From Podarcis vaucheri (lineage: Eukaryota), in NCBI GenBank assembly GCA_965113315.1, contig OZ220372.1: a stretch of DNA of 64,000 nt, one strand, 5' to 3'. Shown here in pieces: positions 13,323 to 26,168 of this stretch; position 1 is the stretch's first letter, and each line of letters begins with the position of its first letter. Below the pieces are notes generated by a model that did not search any database, was not told where the DNA came from, and saw nothing but the letters and a program-made list of their open reading frames with translations. A program made the translations under genes and the position numbers.

Positions 13323-13810
13323 TCTCAGAGAGGACATTGAAGAGCTGGAAAAGATGCAGCCAATGCAGCCAAAGTGATCCAGGGGCTGGAGAAATGTCCT
13401 CATGTAGAAAGGTTACAAGTTTGGGGTTTCTTAGTTGGGAGGAGGAGATAAGGGATGGGGGCAGGCATGATAAATGCAAATAAAATTATGCAGAGTGTGG
13501 AGAAAATGGATATGAATTCTAGAATCTGGCTCATCCAGTGATGTTGAATGGTAGGGCAGACAAAAAGAAATACTTCTTGACAGTGCGTAGTTAAACTAAG
13601 GCTTTTATTACCAAAAGATGCAGTAATGGCTACCAACTTGGGTAGCTTTAAAAGGGGATTAAGTGAATTAATGGAGGATAAGGCTGTCAATTCCTAATAT
13701 TAATGATGATTATATATTGCCTTCAGGATTGGAGGCAGCATGCTGCTGATTATGAGTTGCTGGGGAACAACAGTGACAGAAAGGCACTTTCACTCATGTC
13801 CTCTTGATTT
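13323..13810 (+). mobile_element. CR1 LINE 3' fragment
   Basis: DIEELEKMQ...KVIQGLE-like ORF2 end and CR1-like 3' UTR. Confidence 0.7.
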
Positions 13811-14235
13811 TATTTATAGATCGTCTGTTTATAGATAGTATGGATATATTTGTATACTGCTATTCAGAACAAAATATTTAAAAATCTATCATGAGCATAG
13901 ACAATAAAAACCATGTAGAAGTTTAAAAAACAGATTGGTTAAGTTACAGAAAGATAGAACTTCCAGGTACTTGGCTGTCCAAATTCTTAATGACTAGAAA
14001 TACCCCAAATAAAATTCTTATCTTCTGTGTGGTTTTGCCAACAGGACAAGTTGACTAAGTAAATTTAAAGTAGTTTATTCTTGAGCAGCTAAAAAAATTG
14101 GGGTGGGAGGGTGTTTTTGAGTTCTTGGAACAAAACCCAAAAGTAGAGTGCTATCCACGCAGGATTGTGTGACTCGAATAAACAGCTGGCACAGATGTGC
14201 TCCAAACACAGCTATTGCATTGTGTGGCTTATTCA

Positions 14236-14476
14236 GGTCACATCCTCGCCATACATTTAAAACACTCTTATACCACTTTGGCAGTCATGGCTTGCCCTGC
14301 CACAAAACTCCTGGGAGTTGTAGTTTGTTACGAGTGCTGAGAGTTATTTGGAGGTACCTCCCAGAGCTACAATTCCCAGCACCCACAACAAACTGCAGTT
14401 CTCAGGATTCTTAGAGTGAAGTCATGGCTGTTAAAGTGGTTTAAGATTGCTTTAAATTTATGGTGTCGAAATGACC
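14236..14476. mobile_element. Palindromic MITE
   Basis: About 55-bp imperfect inverted arms GGTCA...TGACC, plus inner GGGAGTTGTAG/CTACAATTCCC inverted repeat. Confidence 0.7.
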
Positions 14477-14811
14477 ACGCTCTTATGAGTTTGCACTATT
14501 TTATTCCATTGCATCTTCTTTCTACTTGTGGAACCCTGTTGTCTTCCTTAACTTAGGACAAGGTGTCTAGTGGATAGATGACCCTGCCAGATATCAGGGG
14601 ATCAGATACATGTTTGCTTCCTTCTATATGTGCATTTATTTGTACCAAGATAAAAATAAACCTGTGTTGCTTAACTAGGATTCAAAATACATTGCAAACC
14701 CTGTTTTTGAGTTTTTTGATTTGTTGAACCTTAATGTTTGTCAATGTAAAGTTCTTAATGTGGTTTACTATAGTCTAAAGGTTTTTCAATCTTATATTCT
14801 TATTATTTCAG

Positions 14812-14956
14812 ACAGGGTCATTTATCAATGGTTGTACAGCTAATGAAATATGGTGCAGATCCATCATTAATTGATGGGGAAGGATGTAGTTGTATTCACT
14901 TGGCAGCTCAGTTTGGACATACCTCGATAGTTGCTTATTTAATAGCCAAGGGGCAG
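14812..14956 (+). CDS. ZDHHC17: ZDHHC17 exon 5 ([48 protein letters not shown])
   Basis: ttcAG/GTATGT, ankyrin repeats. Confidence 0.97.
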
Positions 14957-15297
14957 GTATGTATGTACTTAACTTTCTGTAGTTTTTAGTGGTGGTAGAA
15001 TCTAAAGACCCAGTCTTCCTGGGTTTTTAAACGCATCCTTATATATCACAAAATGAAGTTGTTCTCCAGATTAATAAGCTACTATTAGAGCTGTAATTCT
15101 TTGCACACTTACCTCACAGCAAGTCCTGTTTAACTCAGTAAAAGTTCTTTCTGAATTAATCATGCTTAGGATTGCACCATCAATTTTGCATTGTTTGAAT
15201 AAAAACCCTTGATCAGTTGTACCATACCTATGGAGTAGGACCTCCACATTTTACTCCATGTTTCTCTCTGAGCTCTTCATTATTCAAGGATCACATA

Positions 15298-15480
15298 CAG
15301 TAGCACCTTGGCTTACATTACCCTCGGGTAACGTAAACTTTGGGTTGTGAAAGTGGCAAACCCGGAAGTGTTTCGCCGCGCGTGCGTGCCTAGAAGTGCT
15401 CTACAGCATGGGCAGAAGCAGTCCCTCCAGTTGCGGAAACCTCGGGATCTGACTGGAGCTCCGGAATGGATCCTGTCCGC
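15298..15480 (+). mobile_element. Truncated Tigger-like MITE
   Basis: TA-CAGTAGCACCTTGG start, AAACCCGGAAGTG core; right TIR missing. Confidence 0.55.
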
Positions 15481-16189
15481 ATTATTACAGAATTTAATTA
15501 GGTGGAGATTTTTTTTTTTTACATTTTTTGGCCAAGACATTCTACTGTTAAACACTAATTTGTTCTCCTTTTCATTGATGATGATGAAGAATAAGATAAC
15601 AAGCAGTTATAAGGTCAGTAAGTTGTTTAAGCGTTGCACTTGTATTAAAAGATAAATCAGTCCCTGCCTGAAAGTGCACAGTCTTGAAAAGAAAAAGGAA
15701 TGGGAAAGAAAATAGAGTATGTCTAGGTAAAATTTCAATGTATAATCCAAAAAAAATAATTAATATTAAGGATGTTCCATTCTTAAGGTACATTGTTCAT
15801 GTATGTTTCTGGTTTACCTAGATCTAAAGGGTAGGTATGTGTGGGTAGGTAGCTATAATTCAAATGTATTTTCTCCTCAGAAGGGTTAATGATATTGTAT
15901 CCGATGTTAGTTAACATGGCTTATTCCAAGTGCAACTTGGTTGGATGCAATCCATTGGGTTGCGCCTGACCAAGTTATACTCTGAATAATCCCATTGACA
16001 TTAATGAGCTTTAGTGGGTCTATTCTGATTATCAGTTTTGAGTACAACATGGTCAGATACAGACCATGATGCATCACAATTTTTTTCCTGCTGCTGATTG
16101 CTGTACATTTTTCTTACATTTGTATTCTAGATAGTGCATCTGCTTAATAAAATGTATGTATGAAATATAAGGTCTGTGCAGATGCAGCA

Positions 16190-16720
16190 CCATGGTCTAG
16201 CAGTCAGAGTTGAGGTCTAGCAGAATCAACAAGGACATTCCCCCAGTTCAATTCCCTGTTGTAAGTCATCCATCAAGGTGACCAAAGCTGTCTGTTTCCC
16301 ATAGCCAGGCCTGAAACCATACTGAAATGGATCTAGATAATCCATCTCATCAAGAAACCCACGGAGCTGAGATACCACCACACATCCCAGTACCTTGCCC
16401 ATACAGTAAATGGGATATTGGAAACTTACCAATAATTATCCAATATGGTGGGATTCAGGGAGGGCTTTTTCAATTCGTATAGGTCTTATAAATGCTGAGA
16501 CCCTGTCTTGTTTTAAGCGAGGCATTGACCACTCCCTTTATCCACTCGACCCATGACCACTGGCCCTTTAATGAGCCAGGAAGGGCAGGGTTCTGGCACA
16601 GATGTGGTAAGTCTCAGATTTCCAAAGATCCTCTCTATGTCCTTGAGCTGTACAAGTTGAAAAGCATTCATTATCATGGGACAAGCAGAGCTCAAAGTTA
16701 CATCTAATGGACCCGTATCA
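16190..16720 (-). mobile_element. L2/CR1-clade LINE reverse transcriptase fragment
   Basis: Peptide LDPFQYGFRPGYGKQTALVTLMDDL is a typical LINE RT motif; frameshifted. Confidence 0.85.
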
Positions 16721-17569
16721 AATCTTCATGGTTTTCAAGTTTGTCCCTGCATATGCAGATTATTTCTGAAGCATCTGTTACTCTTAAAAGGATTGAACTG
16801 TAGATTAACTTTAACCAATACGATATTGTTAAATACGAGGAATTTCAGATTATTGTTCACATCCAAAGATTCCTTTAGTCAAACAGCCAAAGTCTTGTAC
16901 CTATAGAGTGGAAAATTCTTTATTCTTAACTTTCTTACATTGCACAAAGCACTATAATGTATAACAAGGTTCCCTCCTCTTTGAAAGCTATTTGAAACAT
17001 GGCACGGAAGCCATCTGTTCAAGAAACAGAAGTGGGTCCACAGAACCAGTTGAACATTTCTTTGGATCCTGCCCAGTGCGATTATTTCATTCTTCCTACT
17101 TCATTGTTAATTCTGATTGGAAGATGTACATATTATTTGGGTAGTTCATTTGCAAAAATGGCAGAGTTGTAACAGCAGATGGTGCTGTAGCATATATTAT
17201 GATGTTTGATCTCTTATATTACATGCATACAATGTGGTTTATTATGCATTTTTCAGTGTGTGAAAACCTCACTATTTAAAATATTTGCTTATTTATATCA
17301 CTGTACCATTTAACACCATTTAACAGAGATGGGAAACATGTGGTCCTCCAGATGTTCCTGGACTACAGTTCACTTCATCTGGGGGCATTGGCTATTGTGA
17401 CTGGGGCTTATGTAAATTGGGAGTCCTATAACATCCAAAGGACCACAGGTTCCTACCCCTGGTTTATAATGATTTATTGAGCCCTTCAAGACTAGACATC
17501 TGGAAGTTTGTCCTTGTTCTTCAACTTCAAGAAATGTGCATGTCTGATTACTGTTGCTCTTTTCATCAG

Positions 17570-17634
17570 GATGTAGATATGATGGATCAAAATGGAATGA
17601 CTCCTTTGATGTGGGCAGCTTATAGAACACACAG
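17570..17634 (+). CDS. ZDHHC17: ZDHHC17 exon 6 (DVDMMDQNGMTPLMWAAYRTH)
   Basis: tcAG/GTAATT, TPLMWAA motif. Confidence 0.96.
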
Positions 17635-19088
17635 GTAATTTGCTCATTCAAAACTAGACCAATCTGAAGCTTTTTGTACTAATCAAATAGAATAATGAAC
17701 TATACAAAATGTGTAATATTTTTACCTTAGAGGTGATAAATCCGTTTTTTTGGTTATTTTAGTAAAGGGAGCTTTATTTCTAAGCATTCATGAGCAGGAA
17801 AACTGATTCAGCATTACAGGAATGTCACATTGGGACCAACATTCCTAGCATGTTTTGTTGACATATGTTGAAAATATCTGTCTTTTTGGCATTTACACAA
17901 AGTGGATTTTTTACACACTTTCCTTCCAGTTATCATCTTCAGAGACAGACACAAGATATTTTCTAGGTTCAGCACACCTCCCCCATTTTCAAAATTCTGT
18001 CCCAACTTTAGGTTATTATGGAGAAGAAGAGTCAAAATCTTTGGACTACATCCAATATTAAACGTACTCACAATAAGCCCTTTTGAAATGAATGGACATA
18101 ATCAGTTCTATTTTTCTAGAAAAAGAGGTACTGTAATTCACCATGAACACCTCCCTTGTTCTCTTATGGCAGTGGCACCCACCTGAAAGGTGCTGTAACT
18201 GTGTTCTGGTGAGCTCTGGCTAAAAAAAAGTCTTGAACATGACTAACCTAATCCTGCTAATTTCAGTAGTCTACTCTGAGCAGAAGCTGGCTATTTTTTT
18301 GTGTTTTCTGAGTAGTCAAATATTCTTCAGATTGAACTATCACCAGTATTGTCTGTGTTAAGAAAAATAAAACTTTTGAAAAGGGGCTAAATAGTAATAC
18401 TGTTTTCGAAAGAAGGAACATCACACTTTGAAGGCAGGTCCAATTGTATGTCTAAACCAGGTTGGAGGTTTTCAGACTATGGTCTGTGGCTGTAAATAGC
18501 ACACAGTTTTAATTATATGGAATTCAAATTGTAATACAATGAAATAAAATATAATATAAGAAATAAAAGAAGTAGTACAATACATTTAAGAATCATACGG
18601 CATCTAGCACATAGCAGTTTGGGGACCACTGAACTATGTTCTCACTCCCTCCCTCTGTTAATATCCTAGATATAAGCTGAAATGTCATTTTTGTGATTTC
18701 TTGTTGAAATTGACCCCTGGGCATCTGAGATAAGGAGGGGGAAGAATATTAATTTATGCAATGCAGATCAAATATCTAGTCTTGTCTTAGAATTGCTAAT
18801 GATTTTTTTTTTACCGCTTCTGGGATTTGGGGCTCTCTGTATGAAATGCTGCCTCAGAGAGTAAAAAAACCAACCCTAATCATTAACTCTTATTTTATAG
18901 AGTATTTTATAGAGTTCCATGGAAGAAAATCCCCTCCCCCTGTTCATTAGTGCTTTTAATACTGGAGAAAGAAATCTGATTAGTATTGATCAAATAAATT
19001 ATCTCCAAGGGGATCTGATCCCTGGATTAATATGAAGATAATGATAAGTCCTTGTTTTTATGGCTTTAATTTTGCTTTTATTTTGCAG

Positions 19089-19251
19089 TGTGGACCCCAC
19101 TCGGTTGCTACTTACTTTTAACGTTTCAGTGAATCTGGGAGACAAATATCATAAGAACACAGCACTACATTGGGCAGTGCTAGCAGGAAATACCACAGTG
19201 ATTAGTCTTCTTCTAGAAGCTGGAGCAAATGTTGATGCCCAAAATATCAAG
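19089..19251 (+). CDS. ZDHHC17: ZDHHC17 exon 7 (VDPTRLLLTFNVSVNLGDKYHKNTALHWAVLAGNTTVISLLLEAGANVDAQNIK)
   Basis: tgcAG/GTAAAT; lies within supplied ORF 19060-19365; ankyrin. Confidence 0.97.
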
Positions 19252-20529
19252 GTAAATCATGTTTGCACATTCGGTTGGTTGGTTCTTCTGATCCATGTGA
19301 AAATCAGGTACTCTGGTTCATACAACTATGGGAGGTTCTCCCACTTGCATCCTGTACATCCATGAACCCTCTTTCCTCTTATTCTAAACCCATGCTCACC
19401 TCTATGCTTTTCTACCCTCAGTCCCTACCATTTCATGCACATCCTCCTATCCCTCCCACCCACACTCATGATTTTAGTACTCCACCTTTGTGCTTTGAGC
19501 TGCCATGACTTGGATTGGGCTAGTTTAACTCCCTTATCTCCTTGAGCCCTTTCCCACTTAGCTTCCTGCCACCCCAGTTGTATCCAGCATTGGTTATTCT
19601 CAGAATAAACCAAGTTAAATTATTGACTAACCTAAATCCAGTTGGATACAACCCAGTGTTTATAACATTGCTTTCATACAAAGCAATTTTCACTTAAAAT
19701 TCTCTACTGTCAATATGTCTTCGTTTACTTCTAGATCTCCCTAAATACAGCTCCTCTAGTCTGGAACGTGTGTGTTTTCTCTTCAGTTAATGGCAAGCAG
19801 CAGTATGCCATGGTACCTTTCTGCAGACATACTTATTCAATGGGATACCAATAAAAAGAAACAACATATAAGAACGTGTAACCACATACATAAATAAAGT
19901 ACCATATTGATACGTTATAGAGAAAGCTCAGGAAGCTCCCCATCTTGGCAGATGGAGAGTTGCAGGGAGAATATTTTATTTAGTCTTTGAAATGTTTGGA
20001 AGAGAGAATAAACAAAAGTGGTCAGATACTTGAACTGAAAGCTCCTATTCATAATATTAGTAAAATGCTGCAGGCTAATACAAAAAATGGAAGCAGGTAT
20101 CTCTTGGAGGCACCAGCAGGCCACTTACACTTGATTGCACCAGGAAGCTAAATAATCCCTCCCTTCCAGTCAGTACAGTAGAAGAAATTATGTATCTTTG
20201 TGCCTTTTGTTGACTCTGTATTGGGGATTAAAAGCTCTCTCTCTTTGTTTGCAAGCATTGTGCAAAATCATAGGTATTCTGCCATATTTTGCCGGCCCAT
20301 GCTGTTTTGTTCCTTTTACCTGTTGTTTTTCTCTTTTCTTTATCCTTAATAGACGCAGGGTAGAGTAAACATATATCTGTGTTGTCTCTACACCCTAATC
20401 TGTGCATGATGGACAGTACACATTGGTTCTGCTACACTGCCTGTTGGTAAAAATATTGATGGGTTGATACAAAATATTGCTATGTATTAAGAATACACAG
20501 CTATGGTAATCTAAATGCATCTAGGACAG

Positions 20530-21297
20530 CAGGTAGGCTTGCCATATTTCAAAAAGTAAAATTCCTGACACTCTCAAAGGAAAAAAACAACGGGGAAGGG
20601 TCATTGGCCTGCCCCCCCAAAAAAACAAAAAAAACTAACACACACCCCGCCAGCATCTCCAAGAGTTGGTTCTTCTTCTAGCAGGGAAAGAAAGGAAGAT
20701 TCTTTGTTGAGAGTCCCCCCTTCCCCCACTTTGGGAGAGTGGGACTGAGGAGATAAGTTCCTTTGAACCTGCTCCAGAGCAAGTAGCCGCAGGTGCCCTG
20801 TTCTCTTTTAGACGGACTCCTTGCCTCCTGCTCTGCATCCTAAAAAGGGGAGTGATTGTCTTCCTCGAGGCAGCAGCCATGGCAGCTTCGAGAAGGTAAT
20901 GCAGTGTGTCTCGGGGGAGGAGGAAGTTGGGAGCAGGATAATTGAGTCATCTTTATTTCCCTTTCCCAGTGGTTGGTGGCTACTCGGGGCTGCTCTTGCC
21001 CTCTTTCCACTGTCCTCCGCACTCCCCTCCTCCTCCTCAGTTGGGGCTGCTTCGTGTTGGGAGGCTGGGGGCACAAGCGTGCTTTGGGTCTCCCACATAA
21101 GTGGGGACATTCCTTCTACTACTCAGTGGGGGGGGGGTGCGTGGGTGACAGAAAACAGAAATAAAAAACCAGGTTTCCATACATACGATAAATTTCAGAC
21201 GTCTCTTAAAATTCGAAAATTTTCCCCAGGACTCCATTTTAGGCATCCAATTTCCTGGTATGTCAGGAATTTTCCAGACATATAGCAGGCCTACCTG
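20530..21297. mobile_element. TIR-bounded non-autonomous DNA element (hAT-like) with GC-rich interior
   Basis: CAGGTAGGCTTGCCATAT vs reverse-complemented right end CAGGTAGGCCTGCTATAT; subterminal ATTCCTGACA/TGTCAGGAAT; no clean TSD. Confidence 0.6.
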
Positions 21298-23498
21298 TAA
21301 GGTACAGGCGAGTACTAGTTGCAGCCAGCAAAATTCAGACTCTTGAGGTGACTTGTTGCTGTAGTTTGTTTGTGCTCCTTGAAATTGCTAAGCAAGTGTT
21401 GCAAGAGTAAAGAATATACACCTTTTCTCATTTTTTCTTCCCTTTCCCATGTTTAGAAATCTTGCACAAAGACTCATCCCATGTTACCTCAAATGGCCCA
21501 GGTTGAGGGAAGGAGAAAGGAGGTTGCAAAAATTTGAAAGTGGCCTTTCTCCTCTCCCTCCCTCTGGGCCTTTTAAAGAAGGCTGGGAAGAGAAGCAAAG
21601 AAGGCAGTGGAGAAGGATTCATCATTGCCTTCCCCTGGCTGAGTTGCCTGCAGAGCTAGTTGCTGAATTACTTTTTTAGGATGTCTAAAAAGTATACCGA
21701 TCCTACTCTCAATAAAACACTGATGTATACTAATGCAGAATTGGATTTATGCAGTATGGAAAAAGGTGACTCCTTGAACTGTTAGCTGTTGCAAACTATG
21801 TGTTGTGAGGTGCTTTTGACTTTTCCGGGCACTGTGTCTTCAAAAAGACTAATTCAGTTGAAGTGACACAGTGACCATCTTTGATTGTATCTCAGGTCTG
21901 AATGAACTTTTTACTTCAAATCTCCCTTTATGGTGTGAGCAAACAAATCAGGAAAACTCTAACTAACCATACCTCCCCATTTTGCCCGGGCTGGGAAAGT
22001 GTTGTCAGGATGTTACATCAACTTGAGTGTGTGCTTCCAGAGTCTGACTGATTCAGAGCAGGGTCTGAGGCTGAACCCACTTCACTGTTAAAGGAAAATT
22101 TAAAAAATGATGGTACCTTTCTTTTCCCCCCTTTTGACAGAACTGGATGTAAAATTTGCAGGTGTTATAACCTATTCAGAGTGGATAAAGCCTGCAAATA
22201 CAAGCAAATAGGTCCAGGAGATTTAGTGCTGTGCTCCTTTAAATTATATTTATAGATGATCTTCAGTGTTATTTTTTTAAGAGAATTGGATAAAATTTGT
22301 TCCTTACTGAGGAGATGACTCTTCCCGCAAAGGGTAGCCTTTTGGGAAATGGCTAAAAGAAAAAGATTCCCTCTGTTTCCCCATGTGTTTTGTCAGCAAT
22401 TGTTATGAAAAGGGGAGGTATGAGGCCCCCTAGGTTTAGAACCTGCCAAATTGTAGACAAGAAGGTTTTTGTACTAGCCGCCTTTAATGTTGATTTTTTG
22501 CGGGTGGGGTGGCTGAAGGGATTCAGTATTCTCCTAGTGGTTTTGTTTATGGGCACCCAGGTAGCAGTGCACACAAAGCGGCAAGAAAAGTGATTTAGTA
22601 GTAGGTTGGCATGGGAATTGGAAGCGTTCATCTGGTGGATCCATACTTCCCTGCCGCGTATCCTGCATTGTATCCTGCCTGAGCTGCTGCTTTTTTGGGT
22701 GTTTTTTGGGGGGGCAGCTTGAGAGTCATTCTGCCGTGTGCACCTCTTGCCCTTCCTGATTGACTTGTTGGGCTCTAATCAAGAGGACTGGTGCTGCCTG
22801 TGCAAGTACATTATAAAGTTGCTGGTGATGCAATGCCTTGGAACCTTCCTCCTACTTAGCTGCTTCCTGCAGTGCAGGCAGATGGCATAGTTTGGGTCCA
22901 CTGCCAGCTCAAAGTAATCCCATCTCTTGTGCTTGGGCTGGTGTGATGGGCTGGTGGCTTTTCACAGGGTGAGTGGTGGTAGTATAGGAGAGAGAATTGC
23001 TGGTTGCTGTTCCTTTTCCTCCCTAGTGCCCACCACTGCCATGCTGCTGCCTCTCTTGAAAGGATACTGAAGATCATCATTATTATTAAGAGGATTTATA
23101 GCTCGCTTTTCATCTAAAAAGGCTTCTAGAGTGGCATACATGAAATCAATTAAAAGAAAGCTACAGGCTTGCAATCTACAAAAATATGGTGCACAAGGAA
23201 AAGGGGAAGGAAGAGGGGGGAAATCAAAGTCCGTCATAAATTCTTAAGCAGTTGTTCTTAAAATGACCAAGCAGCACACTTCAGCGGTAGGAGGTGACTG
23301 ATCAAGCTGGTTGTTGGGAGTGATCCGTGCTTCCCATCTGTCCCGCTGGGGCAGTCTGGCTGCTCCCAGGTGACAGGTGAGATATACACTGCATCTGACA
23401 TCTTCTCTGGGATACCCTGCTCAAGTTCCACACCTTACAAGCTGACCTTGCCAGTATTAGCCAGTGGCACAGCCTTGCCTCCTGCTTAACAATAAGAG

Positions 23499-23579
23499 AA
23501 CAGACTTTCCTTAGTTGGTGTATTTGGACTTGGTGTGGAGCTACATATTATTATTATTATTGTTGTTGTTGTTGTTGTT

Positions 23580-23613
<34 letters not shown>

Positions 23614-23660
23614 TGTAGCTCCACACCAAGTCCAAATACACCAACTAAGGAAAGTCTGTT
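23499..23660. repeat. Perfect inverted repeat, 63-bp arms, (GTT)n(AAT)n loop
   Basis: 23499-23561 is the exact reverse complement of 23598-23660. Confidence 0.95.
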
Positions 23661-25005
23661 ATCTAGCAGGGAAGTTGGCTAAATCTGGCAGTCATTAAGG
23701 TCTTATCAGCCCCATCTCCCAACTTCCCTAAGGTGGTAACACCTTTCTTGGCTGTGTGCCACTTATCTGATTGGCTGTTTAAAGCCATCTGTCAATCAAA
23801 TCTTACATGGGTTGAGAACCCTAAAAACTGGAATGATACCAACATTCTGTCATCCATTACCCTCCCCTCTGACCACCCAAGATGCTGCATTATTTATGAT
23901 GAGGCCCCTAGCTTTGTGAGTATACAGATCATAGACTTAGCCTGTTTTTTTCTAAAAGGTTTTCCTTATTTCCTAAATCACCATTCTCCCTTTCCCCTTT
24001 GTTCTCTTGCCACCATCCTTAATAAACTTCTTAAAATTGACTGTTAGGTTTCTTGTGTGTGTTTCACACTACATGTGGTTATCAGAGGGATTTGACAGAG
24101 AAAAGCAAACTTCCCTAGGCTGCGGTGAGAAATGAGTGAAAAGTTGGATGTTCTCTCTGCCTGAATTTGCCTTTTAAGCTGTCAGGAACGTCATTTCGGT
24201 TTGATTGGGTTGAAATCAAATAGCTGTTTTTAGTTTTAGCATGGAGTTTCTAGGCATATGGCTGGGTACCTTGGCCAGTATATAATAGAAGTATGTAATG
24301 AAATAGTCAAGTGAGTAGTAGGGTACTTTGGCAAGCTTCTTCTCTGTAGGTTATCTCAGTTTTTTCGTGAGTATCATCTTGGCTTTCTGCCTGTCCCAGG
24401 GCCTCGGGGTGGGTTTAAGTATTTTCTCTCTCTTTTCTCCTCTCTAAATTGTAAGAGATACAAACATGTTGCTGGTTGTTTGTAATAGAGGAAGCCTGTA
24501 GAATCTTAAGCCCTGCAACAGGATGGCAGATCATACCCCTTGAATTGTGGTATACCCTTTGAGGGGAGTAATAACTTTTTTTTGTAAACTGTTGCTTTAT
24601 TTCTGGCTGTGCCTTCTGACACTCAGCTGAAATTGTAGGGATAAAGTTACTGTCATTCTTTAGCCTTTTAAGGGTCCCCCCCCCTTGATCCTTGAAAGGC
24701 GTGATAAGTCTTATAATATATTATGCCCTTAACTTGCAGAATTCTTTGTTTTTACTGGAACATCTCCTCTGAGACACTTTTAAACCTAACACTTAAAAAG
24801 AAAAAGAAAAGCCTGCCTTTTTGATTGGATAGCAAGTTCATCATGACTTCAGTAACATAAATTTCTTTTTGAACAGGCAGTATTATGCCTTTGTTAGACA
24901 TCAGGGCACCGAAGTGAGCAAAAGCATGCTACCTCTTTTTTTAAAAAAAACCTAATATGAGAGGTATCTTGGTGTGATCTAATTTAGGGCCTGAGTATGG
25001 ATATA

Positions 25006-25491
25006 CCGTATTTTTCGCCCCATAGGACACACCGGCCCATAGGACACACCTAGTTTTTTGGGGGCGGAAATAAAGAAAAAAAATTTTATTCCCCCCCCCC
25101 AGGTGTGGGGCTGGGGAAGCCCGAGCTTCCCCTGACCCCAGCCCCCAGAACAGGCTGCTCTCCGCTAGCCGTGGGAGAGCCGCACCACTTGGCGCAGCTC
25201 TCCCAGGGCTAGCGGAGCGCTGCGCGAAGCCCAAAGCTTGGGGCGTGCTGAGTGCAGTGCGCCCCAAGCTTCTGGCTGCCAGCAAGCTCTCCGCTAGCCG
25301 TGGGAGAGCTGCGTCTCCCACGGCTTGCGGATAGCTTCCTGAAGCCTGGAGAGCGAGAGGGGTCGTTGCGCACGGACCCCTTTCGCTCTCCAGGCTTCAG
25401 CGAAAGCCTTCGTTCGCCCCATAGGACACACACACATTTCCCCTTCATTTTTGGAGGGGGGAAAGTGCGTCCTATAGGGCGAAAAATACGG
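25006..25491. mobile_element. pogo/Tc2-like MITE
   Basis: TIR CCGTATTTTTCGCCC(C/T)ATAGGAC, TA TSD, internal repeat CTCTCCGCTAGCCGTGGGAGAGC. Confidence 0.88.
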
Positions 25492-26030
25492 TAATTTTAT
25501 TTCCTTTTTACCTTGGATATTGTGATTATGGGGGGGACGGGACCAGGAAAAATAATAGGAAAGTATGCATACTAATTGTGAATGTGCTACAAGAGTGGCT
25601 TTAAAGAACTTGCTAGGTAAAAATACAAATATACACTAGAAGCTTATGTTAGGAAGCTTTTTGGTGATTCAGATCTCATTTGCTATGATATAGGAACACG
25701 GTACATATTCGTAATTAATATATAGTGGTCTTTTCCTGCCATATATTTGAAAGAAAAGCAGACATACCTACTTTTAACTTTGGTTTTGCAACTCTAGTTA
25801 TCCCTCTAAAAGTAACCTACAATTCTACTTTTAAGAGTCACTTATTGTATCCAGTCACACAGCTGACAATAAGGCTTCTGTCAGCAGAACTGGGAGGGAG
25901 GGAATTTTTGGCAGTCCTTCATTCCCTGCCCCTCTCCCCCCATCTGCTCTGGAGGGTTCCCCCATCCATGGCTTCATATTATTGAGAGAAGCCTCAAATT
26001 TGGTTAGTTGATTTGTATGGTCTCTCTCTC

Positions 26031-26088
26031 ATCTATCTATCTATCTATTTATCTATCTGTCTGTCTATCTATCATCTATCTCTATCTA
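26031..26088. repeat. (TCTA)n/(TCTG)n microsatellite
   Basis: Read directly. Confidence 0.9.
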
Positions 26089-26168
26089 CAGGGTGAGTCC
26101 TTTAAAAGAGGCCCCGTGGATACAGAGTACAGATGTTCTATGGGGCCTCTTTTAAAAGACTCTCCCTG
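26089..26168. mobile_element. 80-bp mariner-type hairpin MITE
   Basis: CAGGGTGAGTCCTTTAAAAGAGGCCCC...GGGGCCTCTTTTAAAAGACTCTCCCTG, TA on both sides. Confidence 0.8.

Noticed and set aside
14544-14556. TTCCTTAAC U12 branch-like motif in intron 4
   Set aside because: No U12 donor seen upstream; intron 4 is GT-AG; chance occurrence.
21400-22850. Possible old LINE ORF1/5' remnants (also about 26560-27340)
   Set aside because: Too degraded to assign by eye.
24941-25494. ORFs with repeated ALPRLAES peptides
   Set aside because: Translations of internal repeats of a MITE.
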